A stretch of DNA of 64,000 nt, taken from the NCBI GenBank assembly GCA_964016885.1, contig OZ024756.1, forward strand, positions 14,694,001 through 14,758,000. The letters are read 5' to 3'. The DNA comes from Eledone cirrhosa (lineage: Eukaryota). The position numbers and the translations under genes were made by a program. The notes under the pieces were generated by a model. The model was given only the letters and a program-made list of their open reading frames with translations, did not search any database and was not told the DNA's origin. Below are positions 38,401 through 51,000 of the stretch, piece by piece. Position 1 is the stretch's first letter, and each line of letters begins with the position of its first letter.

Positions 38401-38851
38401 ATGTTTAATTAGTACATTAAATATTATAGTCATCTCCAATGTAAACTCAATGACCTAAGTCGAACACTAGACCCCCAAACCTGGATAATGTCAACAAAAC
38501 AAAAACTCCTGTATATGATTCTAGCCATCTTAAAAAAAAACATTAGTTAGCATTATGCTTGGTCCCGTAACTCCTGAGGGTGTCGTAGGTGGCGTGATAT
38601 TGACACACGGGGTTTCGAGGGCTTTTATATTTTAAAACCTGGCAATCTTCATGAGCGGTAAAACTATATATTTTCACCTCTTTCAAGTTTCAGCAGAAAG
38701 CAAAGGAAGCACTGTCTTGATGATAGCCAGAGCTTAAAATGCGCTTAGACAGTTGTCCCACGTTGCTTCAGATGGAACCAGCTAGACGGCGCTAGTCATC
38801 AGCCTGTCAATATTCATAGGTACGTGCCGGACACCCCGTTTCGTGACATAG

Positions 38852-39234
38852 AGCTATGGCCTTTTACGTTCTGAGTTCAAATCCCGCCGAGGTTAGCTTT
38901 GCCTTTCATCCTTACGGGGTCGATAAAATAAAGCACCAGTAATTCACCGGGGTCGATTTAATCGACTTTTCCCCTTCCCCCAAATTTCAGACCTTGTGCC
39001 TAAAGTATAAACTATTATTATTATTATTAGGGCTGTTGATTGGCAGTATCGGTAGAGCGTCAGACACCATGCTTTGCAGCATAGCATAGAGTCATGGCCC
39101 TTAGCGTTCTGAGTTCAAATCCAACCGAGGTTAACTTTGACTTTCATCCTTACGAGGTCGATAAAACAAAGTACCAGTAATGTACTGGGATAATTGCTGG
39201 CCTTGAGCCAAATGTAGAAAGAATTATTATTATT
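38852..39234 (+). mobile_element. Two tandem SINE family A copies
   Basis: Core motifs at ~38870 and ~39110, with (att)n tails. Confidence 0.85.
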
Positions 39235-39563
39235 ACCGACACTCTTCAATAAGAGGGTACATATAATTTAGACTGTAACTGAGATCATTGTTTCGGTTCT
39301 TATTTTTGCCGATAGAGGGCGTTGTTTGACTTGGATGTTTGCTTTGGCGTGGAGCAGTAACCATGACTACCACCTTTGTTATATGGAGGTTTGGAAGTAT
39401 TCGGAAGGTGGGGTTGTTTGTGGTGTGGTGGTGATGGCGTTGTTTGTAGTGTGGTGGTGGTGGTGGGGCGATCAAGTGTGTATATAAAAGAGACATAGAA
39501 AGATGAAATAGTCAAAAAGGCGGGGTGGAGAGTTTCATTATAAAGAAATAAAGTAATGTTGGA

Positions 39564-39598
<35 letters not shown>

Positions 39599-40119
39599 GA
39601 GAGAGAGGGGGGATGGAGAGAGAGAGGGGGATGGAGAGAGAGGGGGGATGGAGAGAGAGGGGGTGGGAGAGAGGGGGGAGATATATAGGGAGGGGGGGAG
39701 AGAGAGAGAGAGAGAGGGAGCGAGAGAGAGAGGGAGAGAGAGGGCGAGAGAGAGAGAGAGGGAGAGAGAGGGAGAGATGGGAGATGGGGGAGAAGGAGAA
39801 ATGGAGAGGGAGGGAGAGAGAGAAGTTTTGTCCCATTACATAAAACTCATTGCGACATTCCATCTTCCATCACCACCCGTCGATCTCCATTGATCACTGC
39901 TTGGCATCTTGGACAAGTATCTTTACCACTTTCAAACACACACATATATATACACGCACACACGCACACCAATATATGTACATATATATGTATATATAAC
40001 TGAAAAAGTGGGTAAAGTTCCATACACACATGTTTTAAACGCAGGCAGTTAGAACATACGTTGTCACTGGCCACATAATATGAGAAACTTTGTCAATATT
40101 TGATAAGAATGACTTCTCT

Positions 40120-40845
40120 GCCACCACCACCACCACCATCACTACCACCACCACCACCACCATCACTACCACCACCACCACCATCATCACCATCACTGCC
40201 ACCACCACCATCACCATCACTGCCACCACCCTCATCATCACTACCACCATCACCACCACCGCAACCATCATCATCACTACCACCACCATCATCATCATCA
40301 CCATCACTGCCACCACCACCACCCTCATCATCACTGCCACCACCACCACCACCCTCATCATCACTACCACCACTACCACCACAATCACTACCATCATCAC
40401 TACCACCACCACCATCATCACTATCACCACCATCATCACCATCACTGCCACCACCGCAACCATCATCACCATCACTGCCACCACCACCACCACCATCATC
40501 ACCATCATCATCATCACTGCCACCACCACCACCACTACCACAAACACCGCAACCATCATCATCACTATCACTACCACCACCACCCTCATCATCACTACCA
40601 CCACCATCACTACCATCACCTACCACCACTACCACCACCACCATCATCACTACCACCACCATCATCACTATCACTACCATCACCTACCACCACCATCATC
40701 ATCACCACCACTACCACCACCACCACCATCACTACCACCACTACCACCACCACCACCATCACCACCACCACCACTACCACCACCTACCACCACCACCGCC
40801 TACCACCACCATCACCATCACTACCATCATCATCATCACCCTCCT
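40120..40845. repeat. (CAC/CAT)n trinucleotide repeat
   Basis: Direct reading; a similar complementary tract lies at 44680-45465. Confidence 0.95.
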
Positions 40846-41836
40846 TAGCACTTATCCTCCATTTACCACCACAAGGACAATAACTGCCCCGTGTGGTATT
40901 ATGACCCATGGTGAGAGCATCTGTCCTTTGGCGGGATCTATCTTTTGATCCAGCTGGGTTTCACTGGGGCTCCTTAGTTAAAAAAGATTTGGGGGGGGGG
41001 GGGGGAAGGGGTCAGTTTACAGTCTGCCTGGGGATCCCCACGTCATAGGTAGAACGCGGGTATACAATTACAGTTGCTAAGTCATTTGGTCTGACATGGT
41101 ATATCAACATGCACAGATACATACACACACACGCATACGCGCACACCCACATAAACATATCTATACTCCCACATACGCACACAACGTACATACAAACATA
41201 TATGCACATTTGTGCATATATTCATACATATACACATACATACACAACCATACATATACATATATATATATATATCAAGATAAGCAGAACAAGTAAAATT
41301 CAACCAATTTTTCAAAATAAATCAAAATTAATTTAAAATTAAAATTAATCAAAATTAAAAAATATAATATAAATATTTACCTATTCAAATGGCCCTTACT
41401 GTACAGTTTCACTTTGCAAAACATTAGATATCACATGGATATTAATGGAAAAACAAAGATCATCAGAGAAGCATTTTCCTTTCCTAGGGTTAAAAAACCC
41501 CAGGAACGATAAAATATTGAAAAATTGGTTGAATTTTACTTGTTCTGCTTATCTTGATATTAAGTTCTGGTATATCAAATTATTACCATAGAACCACCTT
41601 GAATCATAGACAACCTATGTATTTCTGGGGGTACCTTGTACCCTTAGACATATTAACTTATATATATATATCACAGAAAAAAGAGAATCAGTGTTGCGAC
41701 GAAAGGAATTTATTTGACATATTACAAATGTTTCTCGGGCGATCAGCTTCAAGGCCTGATCGATATGGTGATCATACTTGACTCTGAAATCAACACGGTC
41801 GTCAGATATGTTTCGATTCTACGAAGCAGATTTTCC

Positions 41837-41877
<41 letters not shown>

Positions 41878-42057
41878 TCGGAAAAGATTGTTTTGGTAAA
41901 AACAAGGAGTAAGCAGGAGAAAGTTCTCAACAATCGTTGTTTTTAGTTACGATGGAGAATTTTATAACAATAACAAAATAAGATGCTGAGGTTACATATA
42001 TCGTTTAATCATATCAGCATCTTATTTTGTTATTTATATATATATATATATATATAT

Positions 42058-42262
42058 AGGAAAAAGTATGACCCCGACGGCAGAGCTCAAGCCGTTTCGA
42101 CGGCTATTTCTGGACTAAATTTAGTCCAGAAATAGCCGCCGAAACGGCTTGAGCTCTGCCGTCGGGGTCATACTTTTTCCTATTACCCACTCTACTACCC
42201 TAAGTATTGAGTACTCTGGTGCGTTATGGTCCATCTGGTTCCTTACCACATTTCCTTCGTTT
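42058..42262. mobile_element. Near-perfect palindrome of the 3' half of a hammerhead-bearing PLE-like repeat
   Basis: aggaaaaagtatgaccccgacggcagagctcaagccgtttcgacggctatttctggactaaa|tttagtccagaaatagccgccgaaacggcttgagctctgccgtcggggtcatactttttcct, flanked by (TA)n. Confidence 0.75.
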
Positions 42263-42424
42263 TATATATATATATATATATACATATATACCATATTTTC
42301 TCATATATTCACAATTGACGGCTTGTGATTTTCTAATAATTTTGAAAATATAACTAACTTTCTCATTATTATAACTAACTTTCTCATTATTATAACTAAC
42401 TTTCTCATTATTAAGCTAGTGTAA

Positions 42425-42562
42425 GGGCAGCGGGTGGTCAACTTTGCCTTTCATCCTTCCGGGGTCGATAAAAGAAAGTACCAATAATGCATTGTGTCAA
42501 TTTAATCCACTTACCTCTCCCTCCAAAATTGTTGGCCTTGTGCCTGAATCAGAAACCATTAT
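42425..42562 (+). mobile_element. SINE family A fragment
   Basis: aactttgcctttcatccttccggggtcgataaaa...ggccttgtgcc...agaaaccattat. Confidence 0.75.
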
Positions 42563-43117
42563 AGAGTCGGTGTTTGGAACTTAACAAGTGTTCTTACACA
42601 GAATTACAATAGCAGGTTTAAATGGTAAGACTCGAGTAGGTTTCAGGAGGTTTGGTATCAAAGAATTAAACCAGACAACAGATTACATCTAACACCCTAA
42701 AACAGGAATGGTACCTAAGACAGCCTTCCACACATTAATAAACATTCACACACTGTCTGTCTATCTATCACTCTGTCTACTGTCTGTCTGTTTGTCTCGT
42801 TTCTTCCATTGTTTTTTAACAAAATAATATGGTTTTCGGTAAAGATTAATTACTGGGCAAAATTAATACTGCCTTCATGATGGTGGTAGTGGTGGTGAAT
42901 ATGTGGGACGGGAGGAACTGCTGGTGGTGGCGTGTGTTCTTTTTAACTGGAGGGAGAAAGTGGTAAGGAACGACAGAAGAGAAAGAATGGAAAAAAATGA
43001 ACAAGAAAGACAATAGGAAAAGAAGTGAAAAAAAAAAGAATAAAAAAAGAAATTAAAAAAAGACGAAGACAGAAAGAAAGAGAAATATAGACATATATAT
43101 ATATATATATATAGATA

Positions 43118-43154
<37 letters not shown>

Positions 43155-43178
43155 GGAGAGAGAGAGAGAGAGAGAGAC

Positions 43179-43213
<35 letters not shown>

Positions 43214-43720
43214 GTGAGTGAGTGAGTGAGTGAGTGAGAGATAGAAAGAAAGAAAAAAGAGAAAGGAAAGGAACAAAGATGAAGGAAATAAAAACAATGA
43301 GAAAGATATGAGAAAATGGCGACCGAAGTTGAGTGAAGGAGATTGAAGAAAAATGGGAGAAAATCAGTGAAAATGGAAATAGAAGAGAAGAAAGAAAAGT
43401 AAAACTGAAGGAAAACATGAGAGAGAGACGGGGAGGGGGAGAAGAAAAACAGAGAAAGAAGATTTGAAGGAAAAAGCATAAAATATAACAGGAAAATGTT
43501 GCTATTAAAAATGGTGGTTACACACAATATAAATCTATATAGACATATATACATTTACACATACACATATATACACACACATATATACATATATACTCGT
43601 AGCTATATGTGCGTGCGTGTATATACGTGGATTTCGATAATGAATATATATGTATCTATCTATTATCTATCTATATATATATATATCAACGGTATATCTT
43701 GAGTTAGAAACTTAAAATAG

Positions 43721-43752
<32 letters not shown>

Positions 43753-44067
43753 GGAGAGAGAGAGAGAGAGAGAAGGGTGGTAAAGGGAAGAGAGAAAGAG
43801 AGTGAGGGAGATGAGGACTAGCAGATTACATTGCGTAGACAGAGTGATTCCTTTGTAAAGAATAAAAGTCAGAAGGTTCTGGCAATTAATGGAAAAAAAG
43901 CAAGAAAAGAGAGAAGACTATAGAATGAAGAGAATCTACTAGGGGAGCATTTGGTCGTCTGCTAAGTTAGAGATTGAAAAAAATACTTCATTGTGATGGT
44001 GGTGGTAATGTTTGTGGTTGTAGAGGGGCAACATTTAAGAGGGCCGGAACTTAAAACATCACATACG

Positions 44068-44114
<47 letters not shown>

Positions 44115-45532
44115 TTATGTGTGTGTGTGTGTGTGTCTGTGTCTGTGTCTGTGTCTGTGTGTGTGTGTGTGTGTGTGTGTTTATGTATGTATGTGTTGTA
44201 CACGCACGCACACACATACACACGCAGTGTGTGTATGTGCGTGTACAACACATACAGACATAAAAACACACACACACGTGTGTATACACACACACACACA
44301 CACACACTACTAATGGTGGTGGTAGTTAGTTGACCTAACTAGGAACTCCCATGTTGATAGATATAAAATGAAATATAAAAAAAATACTAAACTAAACCCT
44401 ACATATACAAAACAAAGCCATCGTTTCGTATTATTAACCCATGGATTTTTCCGACATTTTCTTTTTTTATTTCTCGTCATTACTATTATTATTATTGTTG
44501 TTGCTATTATTATTATTATTACTATTATTATTATTTTATTGTTAATATCATCATCATCATCATCATCGCCAGTTTTTCCAGTATCACTGTTACCTACCAC
44601 CCAAGATGTTTGGAACAAATACTTGTTAAGAAACACGGCTCTAACATTCGGATATTACGACCTTATAAAACACTGGCTTATGGTGGTGGTGGTGGTGTGG
44701 TAGTATGGTGATGATAGTAGGGTGGTGGTGGTGGTGGTAGTGTGGTGGTGGTATGGTAATGGTGGTGGTAGTGTGGTGATGATGGTAGTGTGGTGGTGGT
44801 GTGGTAGTATGGTGGTGGTGGTAGTGTGGTGATGATGGTAGTGTGGTGGTGTGGTAGTATGGTGGTGGTGGTGGTAGTGTGGTGAGGATGGTAGTGTGGT
44901 GGTGGTATGGTGATGGTGGTGGTGGTGGTGGTGGTATGGTGATGATAGTAGTGTGGTGGTGGTATGGTGATGATAGTGTGGTGGTGGTGGTGGTGGTGAT
45001 GGTAGTGTGGTGGTGGTGGTGGTGGTAGTGTGGTGGTGTGGTAGTATGGTGATGATGGTAATGTGGTGGTGGTGATGATGGTAGTGTGGTGGTGGTGGTA
45101 TGGTGATGATGGTGGTATGGTGATGATGGTAGTGTGGTGGGGTGGTAGTATGGTTGTGGTGGTGGTGGTAGTGTGGTGATGATGGCAATGTGGTGGTGGT
45201 GATGATGGTAGTGTGGTGGTGGTGGTGGTATGGTGATGATGGTAGTGTGGTGGTGGTATGGTGGTGATGGTAGTGTGGTGGTGGTAGTATGGTGATGATG
45301 GTAGTGTGGTGGTGGTAGTGTGGAGGTGATGGTGGTATGGAGGTGGTGGTGATGATGGTGGTAGTGTGATGGTGGTAGTGTAGTGGCGGTGGTAGTGTGG
45401 TAGTAGTGTGGTGGTGGTGGTAGTGTGGTGGTGGTAGTGTGGTGGTGGTAGTAGTGTGGTGGTAGAATAAAGAAGAGTCAGCAATGTTTGACTGAGTTGG
45501 CTCGTCAACTAGATTTATAATCCCCACCTCCA

Positions 45533-45599
<67 letters not shown>

Positions 45600-45602
<3 letters not shown>

Positions 45603-46045
45603 ATAAACCCCTCATCTGGGATTCCACTTGCAGCGACACATTCTCCTGCGGTAACCTGGTGCATTCTGCGACTAACCCAGGCTCTGTTGCACTTCGGGCC
45701 GAGGAGGGTAAACTCTTCAAATATTGGTCGCTCTCCGGCAGGTTTGCTATCGAGCCCCTAGCAGTGGAGACTTCTGGTGTCCTTGGCCATAGGGCTACCT
45801 CCCTACTTACCACCATAGGCGTTGAGCTGGCGAGCCGCAGTTGTGAGTCTCGCGAGATGGAATGGCTCTTACAGCGAATCTTCTTTACCATTCTCCGGGG
45901 AAACGCCTTCTCTATTCTGTCCGCCGGGGCCGTGGGGCGGCCAGCACGTGGGACCCCATTTGCTCATAACAGAGAGAAATGCGGAGGAGGAGAGTGATGG
46001 AGACAATGACAGTGGGAGTTCGGCTCGTCCGTGTTCGGACCTGGT
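45600..46045 (+). mobile_element. Second CRE/RLE non-LTR retrotransposon 3' fragment
   Basis: KPLIWDSTCSDTF...EPLAVETSGVLGHRATSLLTTIGVELASR...LLQRIFFTILRGNAFSILS, collinear with 8280-8640. Confidence 0.8.
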
Positions 46046-46161
46046 ATGCAGCATCAGTTGTCCGTAACGAGAGAGTAATTTTTGTCATTAATATTTTTTC
46101 CTCGTCAACTTACAGTAACTGACAATTTAACGCTTAGAAATATCTTACTGTTTAAAACAAT

Positions 46162-46350
46162 AATTGTTTCTACTTTTGGCACAAGGACAGCTATTACCCC
46201 AGTGTATTACTGGTACTTTATTTTATCGACGCCGTAAGGATGAAAGGCAAAGTCAACATCGGTGGGATTTGAACTCAGAATGGCAAGGGCCGTAACTCAA
46301 TGCGTCAAAGCATGGCGACCGACCTTCTACCAATATTCCAATCCACCCCA
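46162..46350 (-). mobile_element. SINE family A
   Basis: Reverse-complement match. actgtttaaaacaataa occurs on both sides (TSD-like). Confidence 0.85.
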
Positions 46351-46412
46351 CTGTTTAAAACAATAATACATTAAGACTATGCACCTTAACGAAGCACACT
46401 ACAATGAAAATA

Positions 46413-46521
46413 AAAGCAATGGAATATAAGCTGATATTGTATTTGTTTTGTTAAGAATATTATACAATGTATAATATTCTTAACAAAACAAATACAATAT
46501 CAGCTTATATTCCATTGCTTT
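46413..46521. repeat. Perfect 54-bp-arm palindrome (1-nt spacer) abutting the satellite
   Basis: aaagcaatggaatataagctgatattgtatttgttttgttaagaatattataca A tgtataatattcttaacaaaacaaatacaatatcagcttatattccattgcttt. Confidence 0.95.
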
Positions 46522-48028
46522 CAGTTAGCTGTCTTATATAACGTTGGTTCCTGTCCGTTGATTTCAGTTAGCTGTCTCATATAACAATGGTTCCTGTCCG
46601 TTGATTTCAGTTAGCTGTCTTATATACCATTGGTTCCTGTCCGTTGATTTCAGTTAGCTGTCTTATATAACATTGGTTCCTGTCCGTTGATTTCAGGTAG
46701 CTGTCTTATATACCATTGGTTCCTGTCAGTTGATTTCAGTTAGCTGTCTCATATAACATTGATTCCTGTCCGTTGATTTCAGTTAGCTGTCTTATATAAC
46801 ATTGGTTCCTGTCCGTTGATTTCAGTTAGCTGTCTTATAAAACATTGGTTCCTGTCCGTTGATTTCAGTTAGCTGTCTTATATAACATTGGTTCCTGTCC
46901 GTTGATTTCAGTTAGCTGTCTTATATACCATTGGTTCCTGTCCAATGATTTCAGTTAGCTGTCTTATATAACATTGGTTCCTGTCCGTTGATTTCAGTTA
47001 GCTGTCTTATATAACATTGGTTCCTGTCCGTTGATTTCAGTTAGCTGTCTCATATACATTGGTTCCTGTCCGTTGATTTCAGCTAGCTATCTCATATAAC
47101 ATTGGTTCCTGTCCGTTGATTTCAGTTAGCTGTCTCATATAACATTGGTTCCTGTCCGTTGATTTCAGTTAGCTGTCTTATATAACATTGGTTTCTGTCC
47201 GTTGATTTCAGTTAGCTGTCTTATATAACATTGGTTCCTGTCCGTTGATTTCAGCTGTCTTATATAACATTGGTTCCTGTCCGTTGATTTCAGTTAGCTG
47301 TCTTATATACCATTGGTTCCTGTCCGTTGATTTTAGTTAGCTGTCTTATATACCATTGGTTCCTGTCCGTTGATTTCAGCTAGCTGTCTTATATAACATT
47401 GGTTCCTGTCCGTTGATTTTAGTTAGCTGTCTTATATAACATTGGTTCCTGTCCGTTGATTTCAGTTAGATGTCTTATATAACATTGGTTCCTGTCCGTT
47501 GATTTCAGTTAGCTGTCTTATATAACATTGGTTCCTGTCCGTTGATTTCAGTTAGCTGTCTTATCTAACATTGGTTCCTGTCGGTTGATTTCAGTTAGCT
47601 GTCTTATATAACATTGGTTCCTGTCCGTTGATTTCAGTTAGCTGTCTTATCTAACATTGGTTCCTGTCCGTTGATTTCAGTTAGCTGTCTTATATAACAT
47701 TGGTTCCTGTCCGTTGATTTCAGTTAGCTGTCTTATATAACATTGGTTCCTGTCCGTTGATTTCAGTTAGCTGTCTTATATAACATTGGTTCCTGTCCGT
47801 TGATTTCAGTTAGCTGTCTTATATAACATTGGTTCCTGTTCGTTGATTTCAGTTAGCTGTCTTATATAACATTTGTTCCTGTCCGTTGATTTCAGTTAGC
47901 TGTCTTATATACCGTTGGTTCCTGTCCGTTGATTTCAGTTAGCTGTCTTATATAACATTGGTTCCGGTCCGTTGATTTCAGTTAGCTGTCTTATATAACA
48001 TTTGTTCCTGTCCGTTGATTTCAGTTAG
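46519..48028 (-). repeat. 43-bp satellite, inverted arm (~35 units)
   Basis: Unit ttgatttcagttagctgtcttatataacattggttcctgtccg. Confidence 0.95.
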
Positions 48029-48042
48029 ATGTGGAGCTTGTC

Positions 48043-51000
48043 TATAAGATAGCTAACTGAAATCAACGGACAGGAACCAATGTTATATAAGACAGCTAGC
48101 TGAAATCAACGGACAGGAACCAATGTTATATAAGACAGCTAACTGAAATCAACGGACAGGAACTAATGTTATATAAGGCAACTAACTGAAATCAACGGAC
48201 AGGAACCAATGTTATATAAGACAGCTAGCTGAAATCAACGGACAGGAACCAATGTTATATAAGACAGCTAACTGAAATCAACGGACAGGAACCAATGTTA
48301 TATAAGACAGCTAACTGAAATCAACGGACAGGAACCAATGTTATATAAGACAGCTAACTGAAATCAACAGACAGGAACCAATGTTATATAAGACAGCTAG
48401 CTGAAATCAACGGACAGGAACCAATGTTATATAAGACAGATAACTGAAATCAACAGACAGGAACCAATGTTATATAAGACAGCTAACTGAAATCAACAGA
48501 CAGGAACCAATGTTATATAAGACAGCTAACTGAAATCAACAGACAGGAACCAATGTTATATAAGACAGCTAACTGAAATCAACAGACAGGAACCAATGTT
48601 ATATAAGACAGCTAACTGAAATCAACGGACAGGAACCAATGTTATATAAGACAGCTAACTGAAATCAACGGACAGGAACCAATGTTATATAAGACAGCTA
48701 GCTGAAATCAACTGACAGGAACCAATGGTATATAAGACAGCTAACTGAAATCAACGGACAGAAACCAATGTTATATAAGACAGCTAACTGAAATCAACGG
48801 ACAGGAACCAATGTTATATAAGACAGCTAACTGAAATCAACAGACAGGAACTAATGTTATATAAGACAGCTAACTGAAATCAACGGACAGGAACCAATGT
48901 TATATGAGACAGCTAACTGAAATCAACAGACAGGAACCAATGTTATATGAGACAGCTAACTGAAATCAACAGACAGGAACCAATGTTATATAAGACAGCT
49001 AGCTGAAATCAACTGACAAGAACCAATGTTATATAAGACAGCTAACTGAAATCAACGGACAGGAACCAATGTTATATGAGACAGCTACCTGAAATCAACG
49101 GACAGGAACCAATGGTATATAAGATAGCTAACTGAAATCAACGGACAGGAACCAATGTTATATGAGACAGCTAACTGAAATCAACGGACAGGAACCAATG
49201 TTATATGAGACAGCTAACTGAAATCAACAGACAGGAACCAATGTTATATAAGACAGCTAACTGAAATCAACGGACAGGAATCAATGTTATATGAGACAGC
49301 TAACTGAAATCAACTGACAGGAACCAATGGTATATAAGACAGCTAACTGAAATCAACGGACAGGAACCAATGTTATATGAGACAGCTAACTGAAATCAAC
49401 GGACAGGAACCAATGTTATATGAGACAGCTAACTGAAATCAACAGACAGGAACCAATGGTATATAAGACAGCTAACTGAAATCAACTGACAGGAACCAAT
49501 GGTATATAAGACAGCTAACTGAAATCAACTGACAGGAACCAATGGTATATAAGGCAGCTAACTGAAATCAACGGACAGGAATCAATGTTATATGAGACAG
49601 CTAACTGAAATCAACTGACAGGAACCAATGGTATATAAGACAGCTAACTGAAATCAACTGACAGGAACCAATGGTATATAAGACAGCTAACTGAAATCAA
49701 CGGACAGGAATCAATGTTATATGAGACAGCTAACTGAAATCAACAGACAGGAACCAATGTTATATAAGACAGCTAACTGAAATCAACGGACAGGAATCAA
49801 TGTTATATGAGACAGCTAACTGAAATCAACTGACAGGAACCAATGGTATATAAGACAGCTAACTGAAATCAACGGACAGGAATCAATGTTATATGAGACA
49901 GCTAACTGAAATCAACAGACAGGAACCAATGTTATATAAGACAGCTAACTGAAATCAACGGACAGGAACCAATGTTATATGAGACAGCTAACTGAAATCA
50001 ACAGACAGGAACCAATGGTATATAAGACAGCTAACTGAAATCAACTGACAGGAACCAATGGTATATAAGACAGCTAACTGAAATCAACGGACAGGAACCA
50101 ATGTTATATAAGACAGCTAGCTGAAACCAACGGACACGAACCAATGTTATATAAGACAGCTAACTGAAATCAACTGACAGGAACCAATGTTATATAAGAC
50201 AGCTAACTGAAATCAACGGACACGAACCAATGTTATATAAGACAGCTAACTGAAATCAACGGACACGAACCAATGTTATATAAGACAGCTAACTGAAATC
50301 AACGGACAGGAACCAATGTTATATAAGACAGTTAACTGAAATCAACAGACACGAACCAATGTTATATAAGACAGCTAACTGAAATCAACGGACAGGAACC
50401 AATGTTATATAAGACAGCTAACTGAAATCAACAGACACGAACCAATGTTATATAAGACAGCTAACTGAAATCAACAGACACGAACCAATGTTATATAAGA
50501 CAGCTAACTGAAATCAACAGACACGAACCAATGTTATATAAGACAGCTAACTGAAATCAACGGACAGGAACCAATGTTATATGAGACAGCTAACTGAAAT
50601 CAACAGACAGGAACCAATGGTATATAAGACAGCTAACTGAAATCAACGGACAGGAACCAATGTTATATGAGACAGCTAACTGAAATCAACAGACAGGAAC
50701 CAATGGTATATAAGACAGCTAACTGAAATCAACAGACACGAACCAATGTTATATAAGACAGCTAACTGAAATCAACAGACACGAACCAATGTTATATAAG
50801 ACAGCTAACTGAAATCAACAGACACGAACCAATGTTATATAAGACAGCTAACTGAAATCAACAGACACGAACCAATGTTATATAAGACAGCTAACTGAAA
50901 TCAACAGACAGGAACCAATGTTATATAAGACAGCTAACTGAAATCAACAGACAGGAACCAATGTTATATAAGACAGCTAGCTGAAATCAACTGACAAGAA

